DNA of 64,000 nucleotides from Candidatus Omnitrophota bacterium (GTDB taxonomy: Bacteria; Omnitrophota; Gorgyraeia; Gygaellales; Profunditerraquicolaceae), in assembly GCA_016867115.1 (NCBI GenBank), contig VGKG01000004.1, positions 6,536-70,535 of the forward strand, in the 5' to 3' direction. The position numbers and the translations under genes were made by a program. The notes under the pieces are model-generated. The model did no database searches. It worked only from the letters and a program-made list of their open reading frames with translations, and was not told the origin of the DNA. The first letter of the stretch is position 1, and each line of letters opens with the position of its first letter. Below are positions 6,261-15,962 of this stretch, piece by piece.

Positions 6261-8519
6261 TGAGCCAAAGATAAAGCCGGTCTCCAGTTTTCTATAGTTC
6301 GACAAAAGCGGAATCAGGCTGCTTAGCTTAAAGAGCACGATTACCAGGCATGTGTTAAAGAGCCCCAGGACCGGCAAAAGGATGACCCCGCCCAGTATCC
6401 CGGCAAGCCAACCGCCCATCAGGTCCGAAGCATAGAGGATGCCGGCAGTGGCGCCTACTTCTTTTTGCGTCTCAAGGTAGAGCCTGCTGGCCAGGGGAAA
6501 CTCAAGCCCCATCAGTATTCCTGAGATCAGAAATAAAAGGATAAAAGCTAAAACAGTGTAATACCCGGGCAAGAAGCCGCGCGTAATGACGCCGGCCATG
6601 ATCAGGACAAAAGCGACGAGAATGAACTCGATCAGCGCAAATGCGCGCAGCCCCTTTATCGCGCTCTTCAGGCCCGCGCTGATCAGGATGCTGCCTAAAG
6701 CGATACCGGTCATGAAGATGCTGATCAGTATGCCGATGTGGCGGTAGAGATACCCGTAAAAGACCTGGAAGGCAAATATCAGAATAAGGTTCGCCAGCAT
6801 CCCGAAAAAACCGGTGGTAAAAATGCTGTAGGCCACGATGCGTAATCCCTTCCGGCTGCAGCGTAAAAAAGCAGACAGCGCCAAAGTCAATAAAAGGAAC
6901 CCCAAAGCAACTGTTGCCAGATTCAGGCCCGCAAAGGATTGCAGAAAAGCGCCCATAGACGGGGAAAACTTCTTATTCCAGAGCACCAGAGTCTCAAAGA
7001 CGGCGATCGGAGCGAAGTCCCGGTTGACTTTTTTAGTCGCGCCGGAGATTGACTGGTTGAACCACTCGACCCATTTTCTGTCCAGCCTGTAGGCAAGATA
7101 GTCAGGCACCAGGAGCCCGGGCTTGATGCGGCGTGAGGCGAGCCTCTCCGAGACCCCTTTTACCGTCAAGTCTATCACGCGGGGAGAATCGCTGGCCAGG
7201 AACATATTATAATCTCCGGGGATTACGCGCACAAACGGGAATGCACTTTTTAGCGCCGACAATACGGAGGCATTGGTGTCCCGCAGCTGCCTGCTTAAAT
7301 GCACCAGCGACCCCGGCAGGCAAAAGGCCAGTATCCCTCCCGGATTCAGCCTCTTCTTTATCAGGCCGAAGGACTCCGCCGTAAAGAGGCGGTTAGTTGA
7401 AAGGTCGCGCGGGACGGTAAAACCGATCAGGGCCGCGTCATAGGTATCCGGGCTGATGCGCAGGTAAAAACGGCCGTCGGTATTGACGATCCTGACCCTG
7501 CGGTCAGAGAGCTCCCTGAGTGTCAGCGCAGTGGGGTACCGGGCGAGCATCTCGATCAGCAGCGGGTCAAGCTCGGCATAATGCAGCCTCTCTACCGGAT
7601 GCCCCAGTATCTCGCTGATCAGGCCTCCTGCCCCTCCTCCTATGACCAGGATGTCCCGGGGGTCATCGTGGAACAAAAGCGGGAGATTGCCGAACTCCTG
7701 CACAAAGGCGATATCCGGGTAAGGCGCGCTGATTGCCGGCACGCCGTTATAGAAGAAAGTATACTGCTCAAGCTGGCGCGTTACCGTGATATTGCCGTAA
7801 ATGGAATTCTGATAGTCCAGGACCTGCTGATTCTGCCACTGCCTGCTTATTGACAAACGCTCAAGGTCGTCTATGCCTTTGGCCAGGATAAAGACGGCGA
7901 ATATAGCAAGCAGGAACAAGGCGGCGAAACGGTAAAGCCCGCGCAGGGGCCTGAAAAAAATAAAGCAGATCAGCAGATTAAGGAGGCTGACCATGAACGC
8001 GACCTGAAAGGAATTGAAATAGGGGATGAAGATATAGGTAAGCATTATCCCGCCCAGCATCGTGCCGGCGGTCTCCCAGGCATAGACCCGGCTGATGCTT
8101 AATACCGGCTCGTTCTGTTGCGCGGGATATATCTTGCAGGCGAGGCTAAAAAGGGCGCCGTGACAGGCTGCTACCGGCAGGTTCGCCAGCAGCGAGATGA
8201 TGAAGACGCCCCAGAGGCCGACCGCTTCTCCCTGGGGGATGCCGGCTGCCACTTTGGCGATACGGGCAAGATAGATCGCAGCCGGAAGACAGAGCGCAAA
8301 TAGCGCCTGAAGAATAAAGAAGACGTCTATCTTCTTCCTTATCCCGGCGATTGCCCTGCCGAGGCTGAATACCCCCAGCGCTTCAGAGAGTATCCAGTTC
8401 GCCAGGATCACTCCGATGGTCAGCTCATTGCCGTAGAAGACGACCAGCAGCTCCCGCAGCAGGAGCACCTGCGCCACCACCCCGCTTAAACCGATGATCA
8501 GGATCGTAAAAATATACAT
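6240..8519 (-). CDS. Membrane protein fused to a spermidine-synthase-like SAM-binding domain (likely start ATG 8519)
   Basis: Multi-TM N- and C-terminal regions; central ILVIGGGAGG, ELDP, DGRFYL, RLNPGGIL motifs. Confidence 0.85.
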   Translation of the reverse strand: MYIFTILIIGLSGVVAQVLLLRELLVVFYGNELTIGVILANWILSEALGVFSLGRAIAGIRKKIDVFFILQALFALCLPAAIYLARIAKVAAGIPQGEAVGLWGVFIISLLANLPVAACHGALFSLACKIYPAQQNEPVLSISRVYAWETAGTMLGGIMLTYIFIPYFNSFQVAFMVSLLNLLICFIFFRPLRGLYRFAALFLLAIFAVFILAKGIDDLERLSISRQWQNQQVLDYQNSIYGNITVTRQLEQYTFFYNGVPAISAPYPDIAFVQEFGNLPLLFHDDPRDILVIGGGAGGLISEILGHPVERLHYAELDPLLIEMLARYPTALTLRELSDRRVRIVNTDGRFYLRISPDTYDAALIGFTVPRDLSTNRLFTAESFGLIKKRLNPGGILAFCLPGSLVHLSRQLRDTNASVLSALKSAFPFVRVIPGDYNMFLASDSPRVIDLTVKGVSERLASRRIKPGLLVPDYLAYRLDRKWVEWFNQSISGATKKVNRDFAPIAVFETLVLWNKKFSPSMGAFLQSFAGLNLATVALGFLLLTLALSAFLRCSRKGLRIVAYSIFTTGFFGMLANLILIFAFQVFYGYLYRHIGILISIFMTGIALGSILISAGLKSAIKGLRAFALIEFILVAFVLIMAGVITRGFLPGYYTVLAFILLFLISGILMGLEFPLASRLYLETQKEVGATAGILYASDLMGGWLAGILGGVILLPVLGLFNTCLVIVLFKLSSLIPLLSNYRKLETGFIFGSASSPGS

Positions 8520-8576
8520 TTTGACGGGATTAAACCTGAATCTGAAAATGCCGAAGGCAAAACCCAAGAGGGGATT

Positions 8577-9800
8577 TTAGTTATTTTCAAAACTCTGACA
8601 AAACTGTTCAGAATTAAGTTTAGAGCTCAAGGCAACCGTCAAGCCCAATATAACCCAGAAAAGAAAGCTCAACTGGAAAGAATACAGATGTGTATCAAAT
8701 AAACTGTGCACTAAAAATCCCACTAATCCAGCATTTAAACCCATTAAAAGAAAAAAGTCTAAGGATTTTGGCATTCCTGATATTGATTTAATACTTCTAA
8801 AAAATACATATCCTACGAGTGACAGAAAGCATAATAAAGAAAAAATTCCTGATTCGGCCCATATTTGAAGATAACAATTATGTGCATATAATGCTCCAAA
8901 ATTATTGGTGTATTGGGCACAGTAATCCATAAAGGTTCCAATCCCCTTACCGAGAAAGGGGTTTTCTTTGATCATCCCCCAGGCGCCTCGGGCAAGCAAA
9001 AATCTGTATGAATCACCACTGGCTCTCATGAAATAGAAAATAGCTGCTATTATAGGAATCAAAAAAATAAAAGTTGAGAAAAATATTAAAGCAAACCACT
9101 TTTCTATTCGCTTGTAATTTGCTACTAATATTATATAAATTAGGCCTGATATAAGGCCAATCCATCCCCCCCGAGAAGATGCCAAGATAGAAGACGTGAT
9201 AAGCATGCCTGCAATTAAAAATAAACCCAACTTTGCCGCAATATTCTTCCATCTCCATAAACTAAGACTTAAGACAATGGGCATAATACAGACTGCATAA
9301 GCTGCCAAATAATTTTGATTTTTGAATGGTCCGGTAACAGGCGTAGAAAAGCTAGGCAAAGTTCTTCCCCGTAAAAATTCAAAACCTAAGAATCTTTGCG
9401 TAAGAACCGTGAGTCCTACCAGTGCCGCACTAAATAAAATGACCCCCGCTGCCTTAGTAATGCGTCTATTATCACGAAATGTATCTACGATCGCCCAAAG
9501 AAGCAAAGGAAATCTGCCCCATTTTATGAAAAGGGCCTTCACGCTCTTAGTAATTAATGGCCCGCTGTTAAATAGTGATAGGCCCATAAAAATAAAGAAA
9601 AATAAAAGAAATAAGAACAGCAGTTTGTTCGATTTTATAGCAGTCAAATCCCTCGAAAGTATCGTCTTAATAAAAAATAAAACACTCGCTATACCTGCGA
9701 AAATCCCGATCAGGGCTATAGAAATCGGAATAAAAAAGATTACCCCGCAGAACATATATTCAACCGCCGCATCTAATAATTTTATTATTTTTGACTTCAT
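8577..9800 (-). CDS. O-antigen ligase (WaaL/Wzy_C) family protein
   Basis: Multi-TM; SSRGGW, R...AWGMIKENPFLGKGIGTF, YAHNCYLQIWAESG. Confidence 0.88.
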   Translation of the reverse strand: MKSKIIKLLDAAVEYMFCGVIFFIPISIALIGIFAGIASVLFFIKTILSRDLTAIKSNKLLFLFLLFFFIFMGLSLFNSGPLITKSVKALFIKWGRFPLLLWAIVDTFRDNRRITKAAGVILFSAALVGLTVLTQRFLGFEFLRGRTLPSFSTPVTGPFKNQNYLAAYAVCIMPIVLSLSLWRWKNIAAKLGLFLIAGMLITSSILASSRGGWIGLISGLIYIILVANYKRIEKWFALIFFSTFIFLIPIIAAIFYFMRASGDSYRFLLARGAWGMIKENPFLGKGIGTFMDYCAQYTNNFGALYAHNCYLQIWAESGIFSLLCFLSLVGYVFFRSIKSISGMPKSLDFFLLMGLNAGLVGFLVHSLFDTHLYSFQLSFLFWVILGLTVALSSKLNSEQFCQSFENN

Positions 9801-11623
9801 ATTTTTATTATTTCCTGTAGCCTCTTAACTATTTCCCTATTATCCATAACATTAACCGCTCTTTCCAGATCCTTTATTTTCTCTCTCAGAATCTTTGAAT
9901 CAAATGAATCCAATTTTGCAATATAAATTTTGTCCGCTTTGGTAGCCTTATCCCTTTCGGTATTTAAAAGTGTCTCCTCAAAAAGCTTCTCGCCTGGCCG
10001 CAATCCAATATATTCTATTTTTATATCTACATCAGGTTTTAAGCCGTAAAGGATGATCATTTCCTTTGCTAAATCCAAAATTTTTATCTGCTCTCCCATG
10101 TCTAAAATAAAAATCTCACCGGCCTCCCCCATACTTCCAGCCTGCAGTACCAGCTGGGCCGCTTCATTAATACTCATAAAATACCTTTTAACTTCCGGAT
10201 GGGTTATGGTTAAAGGCCCGCCCTCTTCAATCTGCCTCTTAAACAACGGGATCACGCTTCCATTTGAACCCAAGACATTGCCGAACCTTACAGCCATATA
10301 CTTAGTCTTACTGATCTTGGCTTTAGCCTGTAAAATCATCTCCACAATTCTTTTGGTCATGCCCATTACGCTCGTAGGGTTTACTGCCTTGTCAGTAGAT
10401 ATAAAAATAAACCTTTCGGCCTTGTAATGGTTGGCGGCGTAAATAAGGTTTCTGCTTCCGATAATGTTATTTTTAACTGCCGCCCCGGGATTCCCCTCCA
10501 TAAGCGGGACATGCTTATGCGCTGCTGCATGGAAAATAATCTCGGGCCTATAAAGTGAAAAAATACTTTTTAGCAGGCCTATGTCTTTTATATCACCGAT
10601 TATAGTACTGAATTTGATGTGGCGGTATTTTGTCAGAAATTCGATCCCCAGGTAATAAACATCATTTTCATTATGATCGAATAATAAAATTTCTTTGGGG
10701 TTAAAATTAACTATCTGCCTGCATAACGCTGAACCTATTGAGCCTCCGGCACCGGTAACTAAAACTACCTTTTCAAATAAATAATCTTTAATTTCTTCCT
10801 TATTAATATTGACCGTGTCTCTGCCCAGAAGGTCTTCCGGCTTTATTTCCCGAGGCTTAGCCTCCAACTCTCCGCTGATCAGATTCTGCAAGCCCGGGAC
10901 AATCCTGATTTTAACAGAAGGAATCTTGCAGTACGCAATAATACTTCTTATCTCTTCGCCTTTGGCAGAAGGAATTGCAATGATGATCTCTTCGACCCCG
11001 TACTCTTCAACAACCGAAGGGATATCGCTACGAGTCCCTAAAATATTTACCCCCTGGACACGCAAATTTCTTTTTCTTGAGTCATCATCAATAAAACCGA
11101 CTATCTCTATATTAGATTTAAGGTTCATGCGGGTTTCTCTTAGAACCATCACCCCTGCTTCACCTGCCCCGACAATTAAGGCGTTTTTACGTTTTGTTTT
11201 ATACTCGGAACGAAATTTCTCCCTGAATAGCCGGCTAACAAAACGGATCCCCGCTATAAAGCAGAAACTTAATATAAAATCGATAGCGATAATTGAACGC
11301 GGAAAGCCCTCAAAAGTATGGATAAAAGCGATCGCGGGGACAAAACATAATACGGCTAGAACATGGGCCTTAATAATTTTCCAAATATCATCTACGCTGG
11401 CATACCTCCATAAGCCGGAATAAAGCCCAAGGTAGCCGAAAATAACCATCTTAAAGCAGACAAGGATAGGCAAGGTCTTAAGAATTATCTGCCAGGAATT
11501 ACTATCAATCTTAAAATCTAACCGTAGAAAGAAAGCAAGCAGGTAGGCGCAAATTACCAGGATTAACTGGGTAACTATGATAATTAACCGCCGTAATCTA
11601 AGGATCAGCTCTTTTAAGTTCAT
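9797..11623 (-). CDS. Membrane-anchored UDP-GlcNAc 4,6-dehydratase (PglF/CapD/WbpM family); likely start 11623 (track start 11629)
   Basis: N-terminal TMs, IVGAGEAG, VTGAGGSIGS, HAAAHKHVP, STDKAVNP, RFGNVLGS, GLRPGEKL. Confidence 0.95.
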   Translation of the reverse strand: MNLKELILRLRRLIIIVTQLILVICAYLLAFFLRLDFKIDSNSWQIILKTLPILVCFKMVIFGYLGLYSGLWRYASVDDIWKIIKAHVLAVLCFVPAIAFIHTFEGFPRSIIAIDFILSFCFIAGIRFVSRLFREKFRSEYKTKRKNALIVGAGEAGVMVLRETRMNLKSNIEIVGFIDDDSRKRNLRVQGVNILGTRSDIPSVVEEYGVEEIIIAIPSAKGEEIRSIIAYCKIPSVKIRIVPGLQNLISGELEAKPREIKPEDLLGRDTVNINKEEIKDYLFEKVVLVTGAGGSIGSALCRQIVNFNPKEILLFDHNENDVYYLGIEFLTKYRHIKFSTIIGDIKDIGLLKSIFSLYRPEIIFHAAAHKHVPLMEGNPGAAVKNNIIGSRNLIYAANHYKAERFIFISTDKAVNPTSVMGMTKRIVEMILQAKAKISKTKYMAVRFGNVLGSNGSVIPLFKRQIEEGGPLTITHPEVKRYFMSINEAAQLVLQAGSMGEAGEIFILDMGEQIKILDLAKEMIILYGLKPDVDIKIEYIGLRPGEKLFEETLLNTERDKATKADKIYIAKLDSFDSKILREKIKDLERAVNVMDNREIVKRLQEIIKI

Positions 11624-11631
11624 AACCATTA

Positions 11632-11659
11632 ATTATATAACAAATTACAACTTTATCAA
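11632..11659 (-). promoter_or_regulatory. Putative internal sigma70 promoter for the dehydratase-ligase pair
   Basis: TTGATA (11659-11654), 16-nt spacer, TATAAT (11637-11632), 8 nt upstream of ATG 11623. Confidence 0.6.
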
Positions 11660-11676
11660 TTGGCTTATACGGGTTT

Positions 11677-12237
11677 TTAATGCCGCACGCCCTCCCTTTT
11701 TATAGCCTTTACCAGGGTCAAGAGGATGATATATAAATCAAAAACGAAGGAGCGATGATTAAGGTAATACTCATCAAAAGAGACCTTTGCGGGAATGAGT
11801 AAATCATCCCTTCCGTTTACCTGTGCCCAGCCGGTGATCCCCGGAATCAACTTATGGATATTTTTCTTAGTGCGTAATTCCACAAGGTCATTTTGGTTAA
11901 ATAAAGCCGGCCGCGGGCCCACAAAGCTCATATCGCCTTTTAAGACGTTAAATAATTGCGGTAGTTCATCGAGGCTGTATTTACGCAAAAATGACCCTGC
12001 AGGGATCAAATAATCATCTGGATTTTTCATTAGATGAGTGGCTACCTGGGGCGTATTTAACTTCATTGTCCTGAATTTAGCCATCTTAAAAATGGAGTTA
12101 TTTATACCTATGCGGTCTGTCCAGAATATAGCCGGGCCTTTTGAAACCAGCTTTATCAAAAGAAAAATAATCAGCATCGGAATACTTAACAGCGTCAATA
12201 AAAATAAGGCTAAGAGCAGATCAAAGGTCCGTTTCAT
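11677..12237 (-). CDS. Initiating sugar-phosphate transferase (PglC-like small phosphoglycosyl transferase)
   Basis: KRTFD, KFRTM, LRKYSLDELPQLFNVLKGDMSFVGPRP, PGITGWAQVNGR. Confidence 0.95.
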   Translation of the reverse strand: MKRTFDLLLALFLLTLLSIPMLIIFLLIKLVSKGPAIFWTDRIGINNSIFKMAKFRTMKLNTPQVATHLMKNPDDYLIPAGSFLRKYSLDELPQLFNVLKGDMSFVGPRPALFNQNDLVELRTKKNIHKLIPGITGWAQVNGRDDLLIPAKVSFDEYYLNHRSFVFDLYIILLTLVKAIKREGVRH

Positions 12238-13185
12238 TTAACTTGCGCTCCTCACAGTCTCTCTTATTCCCTGCTCGATACTAAAAGGCGCCTTCCAACC
12301 TAACCGATTACGGATCTTACTGCTATTAATAACCAGGGTCTGCGTTAACTTATCCAATTCCCTGCTCTTTCCGATCAGCCTGCAAGCTACCTTCAGAAAG
12401 CCGCTGGGAAAATAAAATAACCTTGCCTTCTTTCCCGTAGCAGAGGCAAGCATATTTATTAATTCGGTGACGGTCACATCCTGGCCGTCGCTCACTAAAA
12501 ATGTCTGGTTGGCGGCACCGGGATGCTCAACGCACTTTATTATTACATCAATAAGGTTCCCTACGTAAATAAAACTGCGTCTATTTTCTAAGTTAGCGAA
12601 CGGTAAGGGTAGGCCGGTCCGGATAAGTTGCATCAACCTGTCAAAATTCCCCGGTGAATCCATGCCATAAACCAAAGGGGGACGTAAAACTACTGTCTCT
12701 AATTCAGAATTTTGTGCAGCCCTATGGAGCACCTCCTCTGCTTCCCATTTAGAGACTGAATAAGCATTATCGGGATTTGGCCGATCCTCTTCCGAAAAAA
12801 AACCGCCCCGGCTGCTTTCTCCGTTTACTCCGATAGAGCTAAGAAAGATCAGGCGCCTTGCGCCCGCGCGTACAGCCGCGCTTGCCAAGCATTCGGTCCC
12901 AAGAACGTTTATCTTGCGGTATTCATAAAGAGGATCCCTTGCTCTTTCTTTGATAATATGGCTGCGGGCTGCCAGGTGAATGACTACATCGGTTTCGCTC
13001 AGGATCTCATCCCAATTACTCACTTGATCTATGGAGTCGATCTCTACCGGTTCTACGCCTTCAGGAAGAGTATCCTTGCTATTACGGCGTATCAGACCCT
13101 TCACCTTCCAACCTCTATGTAAAAGCTCTTTACAAAGGTTACGCCCGATAAAACCGTTTGCTCCGGTTACAAGAATATGATTCAT
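12238..13185 (-). CDS. NAD-dependent epimerase/4-reductase (WbpK-like SDR)
   Basis: VTGANGFIG, YSVSK (YxxxK), LRPPLVYG. Confidence 0.9.
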   Translation of the reverse strand: MNHILVTGANGFIGRNLCKELLHRGWKVKGLIRRNSKDTLPEGVEPVEIDSIDQVSNWDEILSETDVVIHLAARSHIIKERARDPLYEYRKINVLGTECLASAAVRAGARRLIFLSSIGVNGESSRGGFFSEEDRPNPDNAYSVSKWEAEEVLHRAAQNSELETVVLRPPLVYGMDSPGNFDRLMQLIRTGLPLPFANLENRRSFIYVGNLIDVIIKCVEHPGAANQTFLVSDGQDVTVTELINMLASATGKKARLFYFPSGFLKVACRLIGKSRELDKLTQTLVINSSKIRNRLGWKAPFSIEQGIRETVRSAS

Positions 13186-14024
13186 CTGCTCTCTCCAGCC
13201 GGATAATCCTTCCTTAAGAAGGCCTTATAGAAGTGCTTCCTTGCAAAATTGGGCATTAACCTTACTATGCTCTTCATAAAAATATTACTTAAAAATTCCG
13301 GATAACTCAGGAATCCTATGGCCAGGAACTTCTTCTGGGCCTCTATTTCATTTAATAAATACCTGAACCCGCCCCTTCTCCTGAACATGTCATCGCTGAT
13401 CCTGACCTTTGCCAGGTACTCCGGAATGTTTGCCAGCCTGCTCCCCGATTTTATCGCCCTGACCATCAGATAATAATCTTCGAATCCGAAGAGGTTCTCG
13501 TAATTTCCGGCCCTGAGGATTACATCCCTCTTGAACATGATCGTAACATGATTGACCGGCATGCGTTTTTTCGCAAAACGGACAATATCTTCATGTTCCG
13601 TGGGCAGATTTCTTCTGCCCCAGATGTTGCTTTCCTTATCCATGAACTCGAAAGCGAAAGAACCTACGATATCGATTTCACTATTATTTTCCAGAAAATC
13701 CGCCTCTTTCTTAAATCTGTCGCTGCAGCTGATATCGTCGCTGTCCATTATAGCAATAATCCCGAATTTACACCGCTCTACCCCTCGGCGCAATGCCTCG
13801 CCCCTGCCGATCTGTTTATCAAATACCAGAGCGGTGAATAAATCCGGATGGGCTTTCATAAAATATCCTAAAACCTCATCTAATTCCTTCGTCAACGGCC
13901 CGTCTTTAACGACAACTACTTGAGAGGGCATTAATGTCTGATTTATTATACTTTCCAAAGCCTCTTTGAAATATTCCGGATTCTCTTTGTCGTAGACAGT
14001 TATTAAAACAGAAAAATCTTTCAT
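13182..14024 (-). CDS. Glycosyltransferase family 2 (AmsE-like); likely start 14024
   Basis: FSVLITVY, VKDGPL, MDSDDIS, EDYYL, RRGG. Confidence 0.9.
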   Translation of the reverse strand: MKDFSVLITVYDKENPEYFKEALESIINQTLMPSQVVVVKDGPLTKELDEVLGYFMKAHPDLFTALVFDKQIGRGEALRRGVERCKFGIIAIMDSDDISCSDRFKKEADFLENNSEIDIVGSFAFEFMDKESNIWGRRNLPTEHEDIVRFAKKRMPVNHVTIMFKRDVILRAGNYENLFGFEDYYLMVRAIKSGSRLANIPEYLAKVRISDDMFRRRGGFRYLLNEIEAQKKFLAIGFLSYPEFLSNIFMKSIVRLMPNFARKHFYKAFLRKDYPAGESR

Positions 14025-14060
14025 TTGTGCAATATAAGGCAACAAAAAGTTAAATATATT

Positions 14061-14831
14061 CTACTGAACATTATTAACCCCTAACAGCCGGTTCCTTACA
14101 GATTCGTATCTTTCGTTTCCTATTATCCTTTTAGTGCCCTTTCTTATCTCATAGCTCAATCTGGCAAGAATTATATTAAACCAGGAAGGATCTATCCTGG
14201 ATGGCATAGTAGGGATATCAACGGCCCTGTTCATTGAATTTCTGTATAGAATCCCTTTTTGTAATTGTTTTATGCCGTTAATGCCGGGGGTTGAAGTGCA
14301 CATTATTCTATAGCCGGCCTTCTTTGCCAGGTCAATTATCCTCTTATTAAAATCGCCCTGAGGAAAAGAAAGGGCATCAATTTTTGTACCAAGCTTATCC
14401 TCGAGCAGGCAGCGGGAGGCATAAAGTTCCTCTTGCGCCTCTTCTGCCGGTAGTCTGGAAAGTATCCGGTGGCTGATTGTATGCGAGCCTATCTCCATAT
14501 TGTTATCTTTCAGCTCCCTGATCATATCCCACTGCATAAAACCGCTTTTTCCTACAAAGCTAGCTGTTATAAAGAAGCTTCCCCGAAAATCAAGCTCTTT
14601 AAGCAAAGGGAAAGCTATCTCATAATCGCTAAGTCCGCCGTCATCAAATGTAAACGTAATAGACTTATCGTGACTACTCAAAGAATTGCCGTAAAAATCT
14701 CTTAGGTTTTTTACGCTAAATGAAGAATCTTTTATCTGATTTAATAATGCCTTAAAGAAGTCTCCCGTGACTGAGTAAAAATCATGCGATGGGATACTTG
14801 TTATGTTATGAAAAAGGAGTATATTCAGCAT
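14061..14831 (-). CDS. Polysaccharide deacetylase (CE4)
   Basis: TFDDG, EIGSHTISH, FPQG. Confidence 0.9.
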   Translation of the reverse strand: MLNILLFHNITSIPSHDFYSVTGDFFKALLNQIKDSSFSVKNLRDFYGNSLSSHDKSITFTFDDGGLSDYEIAFPLLKELDFRGSFFITASFVGKSGFMQWDMIRELKDNNMEIGSHTISHRILSRLPAEEAQEELYASRCLLEDKLGTKIDALSFPQGDFNKRIIDLAKKAGYRIMCTSTPGINGIKQLQKGILYRNSMNRAVDIPTMPSRIDPSWFNIILARLSYEIRKGTKRIIGNERYESVRNRLLGVNNVQ

Positions 14832-14833
14832 TC

Positions 14834-15937
14834 TTAATTTTTCCTGCCTGCGCCGGTAAAGGCGGCCTTATTCAGGCCCTCTGCAATGTACTCCATGTGC
14901 TTCCTGGTCAAGCTATGGTTAACAGGCAAAAGCAAGAGGTTTTCATTAAAGATTTTTGTCTGTGGGTAATTATCCACGGGTACCGACACCCCCTCCTGGC
15001 CGGGCCAAATAATTGCTTCTATCCCCAGGCGGATCAATTTATCAAATACCTCTTTCCTGTCATTAACCAAAATAGGAAAAAATTGCGGGCAAGACCCGGC
15101 AGGCAAACCCGGGAAAAGAACTAAGATCCCATCCGTGTTTTTTATTAATCCAGAAAGATAGTTGTAGTTTTCTTTTCTCCGGCTAAGTGCACTTTTTAGA
15201 TAAGGATTACTAGTGTTGCCGGCTACGCGACTTTCCGTACAATATTGTGTTGCCTCTAACCCTCCGGAGAACGCCGAAGAATCGGTATTCCCGAAAAGGC
15301 TCCGGAGTGCATTCTTTACCCGTAAAATATTAATACCGGAGATAAATGCCAGCCTTTCAGCCATCATTAAAGCTTTCTTTTTGACGCCCGAATGCACCCT
15401 TGGAAAAGAAAGCAGATTATCTGTACAAGACTGGCTCTTCTCAATAACTAATCCTCCGCATGTAACCGCAAGTAGTTTCCTGAAACTGAAAATAGATATA
15501 TCCCCTGACATGCCGGCAAAACAGGTTGCATCCGCGTCAGGCAGGATATGGGCGCAATCCTCAATAAGAATAAGATTATATTTAGCACAAAGCGCCTTTA
15601 TACCTTCAAGCTCCCGTAATATACCAAAAAAGTGGACTACAAGAAGATAATCGCCTGCCGAAAATTTAAGGTTAGAAACTTGCGGCATGAATCGGTGATC
15701 TAAATCATAATATTCTATCTTTAAATTACAGCTCTGGATCGGTTTTAAAAGGCTTCTGCACATAAATGCCGGAATCCAAACGGTTTTGCCTCCTGTGCGT
15801 TTCTCTAAAACCGATTGCAATGCAGTGCGCGCACCTGGATAGATACACGATATCTCAAAAGGAAATGAACCTGCTATGTCTATAGTAGAAGGATTTCTAC
15901 CTAAAAGTGATATTGTCGGGTTGGCGGGTATGAACAT
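14834..15937 (-). CDS. DegT/DnrJ-like PLP-dependent sugar aminotransferase (divergent)
   Basis: VHFFG, IEDCAH, FSFRKLL (PLP lysine), LLLPVNH. Confidence 0.8.
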   Translation of the reverse strand: MFIPANPTISLLGRNPSTIDIAGSFPFEISCIYPGARTALQSVLEKRTGGKTVWIPAFMCRSLLKPIQSCNLKIEYYDLDHRFMPQVSNLKFSAGDYLLVVHFFGILRELEGIKALCAKYNLILIEDCAHILPDADATCFAGMSGDISIFSFRKLLAVTCGGLVIEKSQSCTDNLLSFPRVHSGVKKKALMMAERLAFISGINILRVKNALRSLFGNTDSSAFSGGLEATQYCTESRVAGNTSNPYLKSALSRRKENYNYLSGLIKNTDGILVLFPGLPAGSCPQFFPILVNDRKEVFDKLIRLGIEAIIWPGQEGVSVPVDNYPQTKIFNENLLLLPVNHSLTRKHMEYIAEGLNKAAFTGAGRKN

Positions 15938-15962
15938 TTATTCCTTATTAAATTATTGAATC

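Noticed and set aside
6106-6297. 63-aa plus-strand ORF in the palindromic region
   Set aside because: TTG start, no RBS, runs through hairpins and overlaps the end of the upstream CDS; probably spurious.
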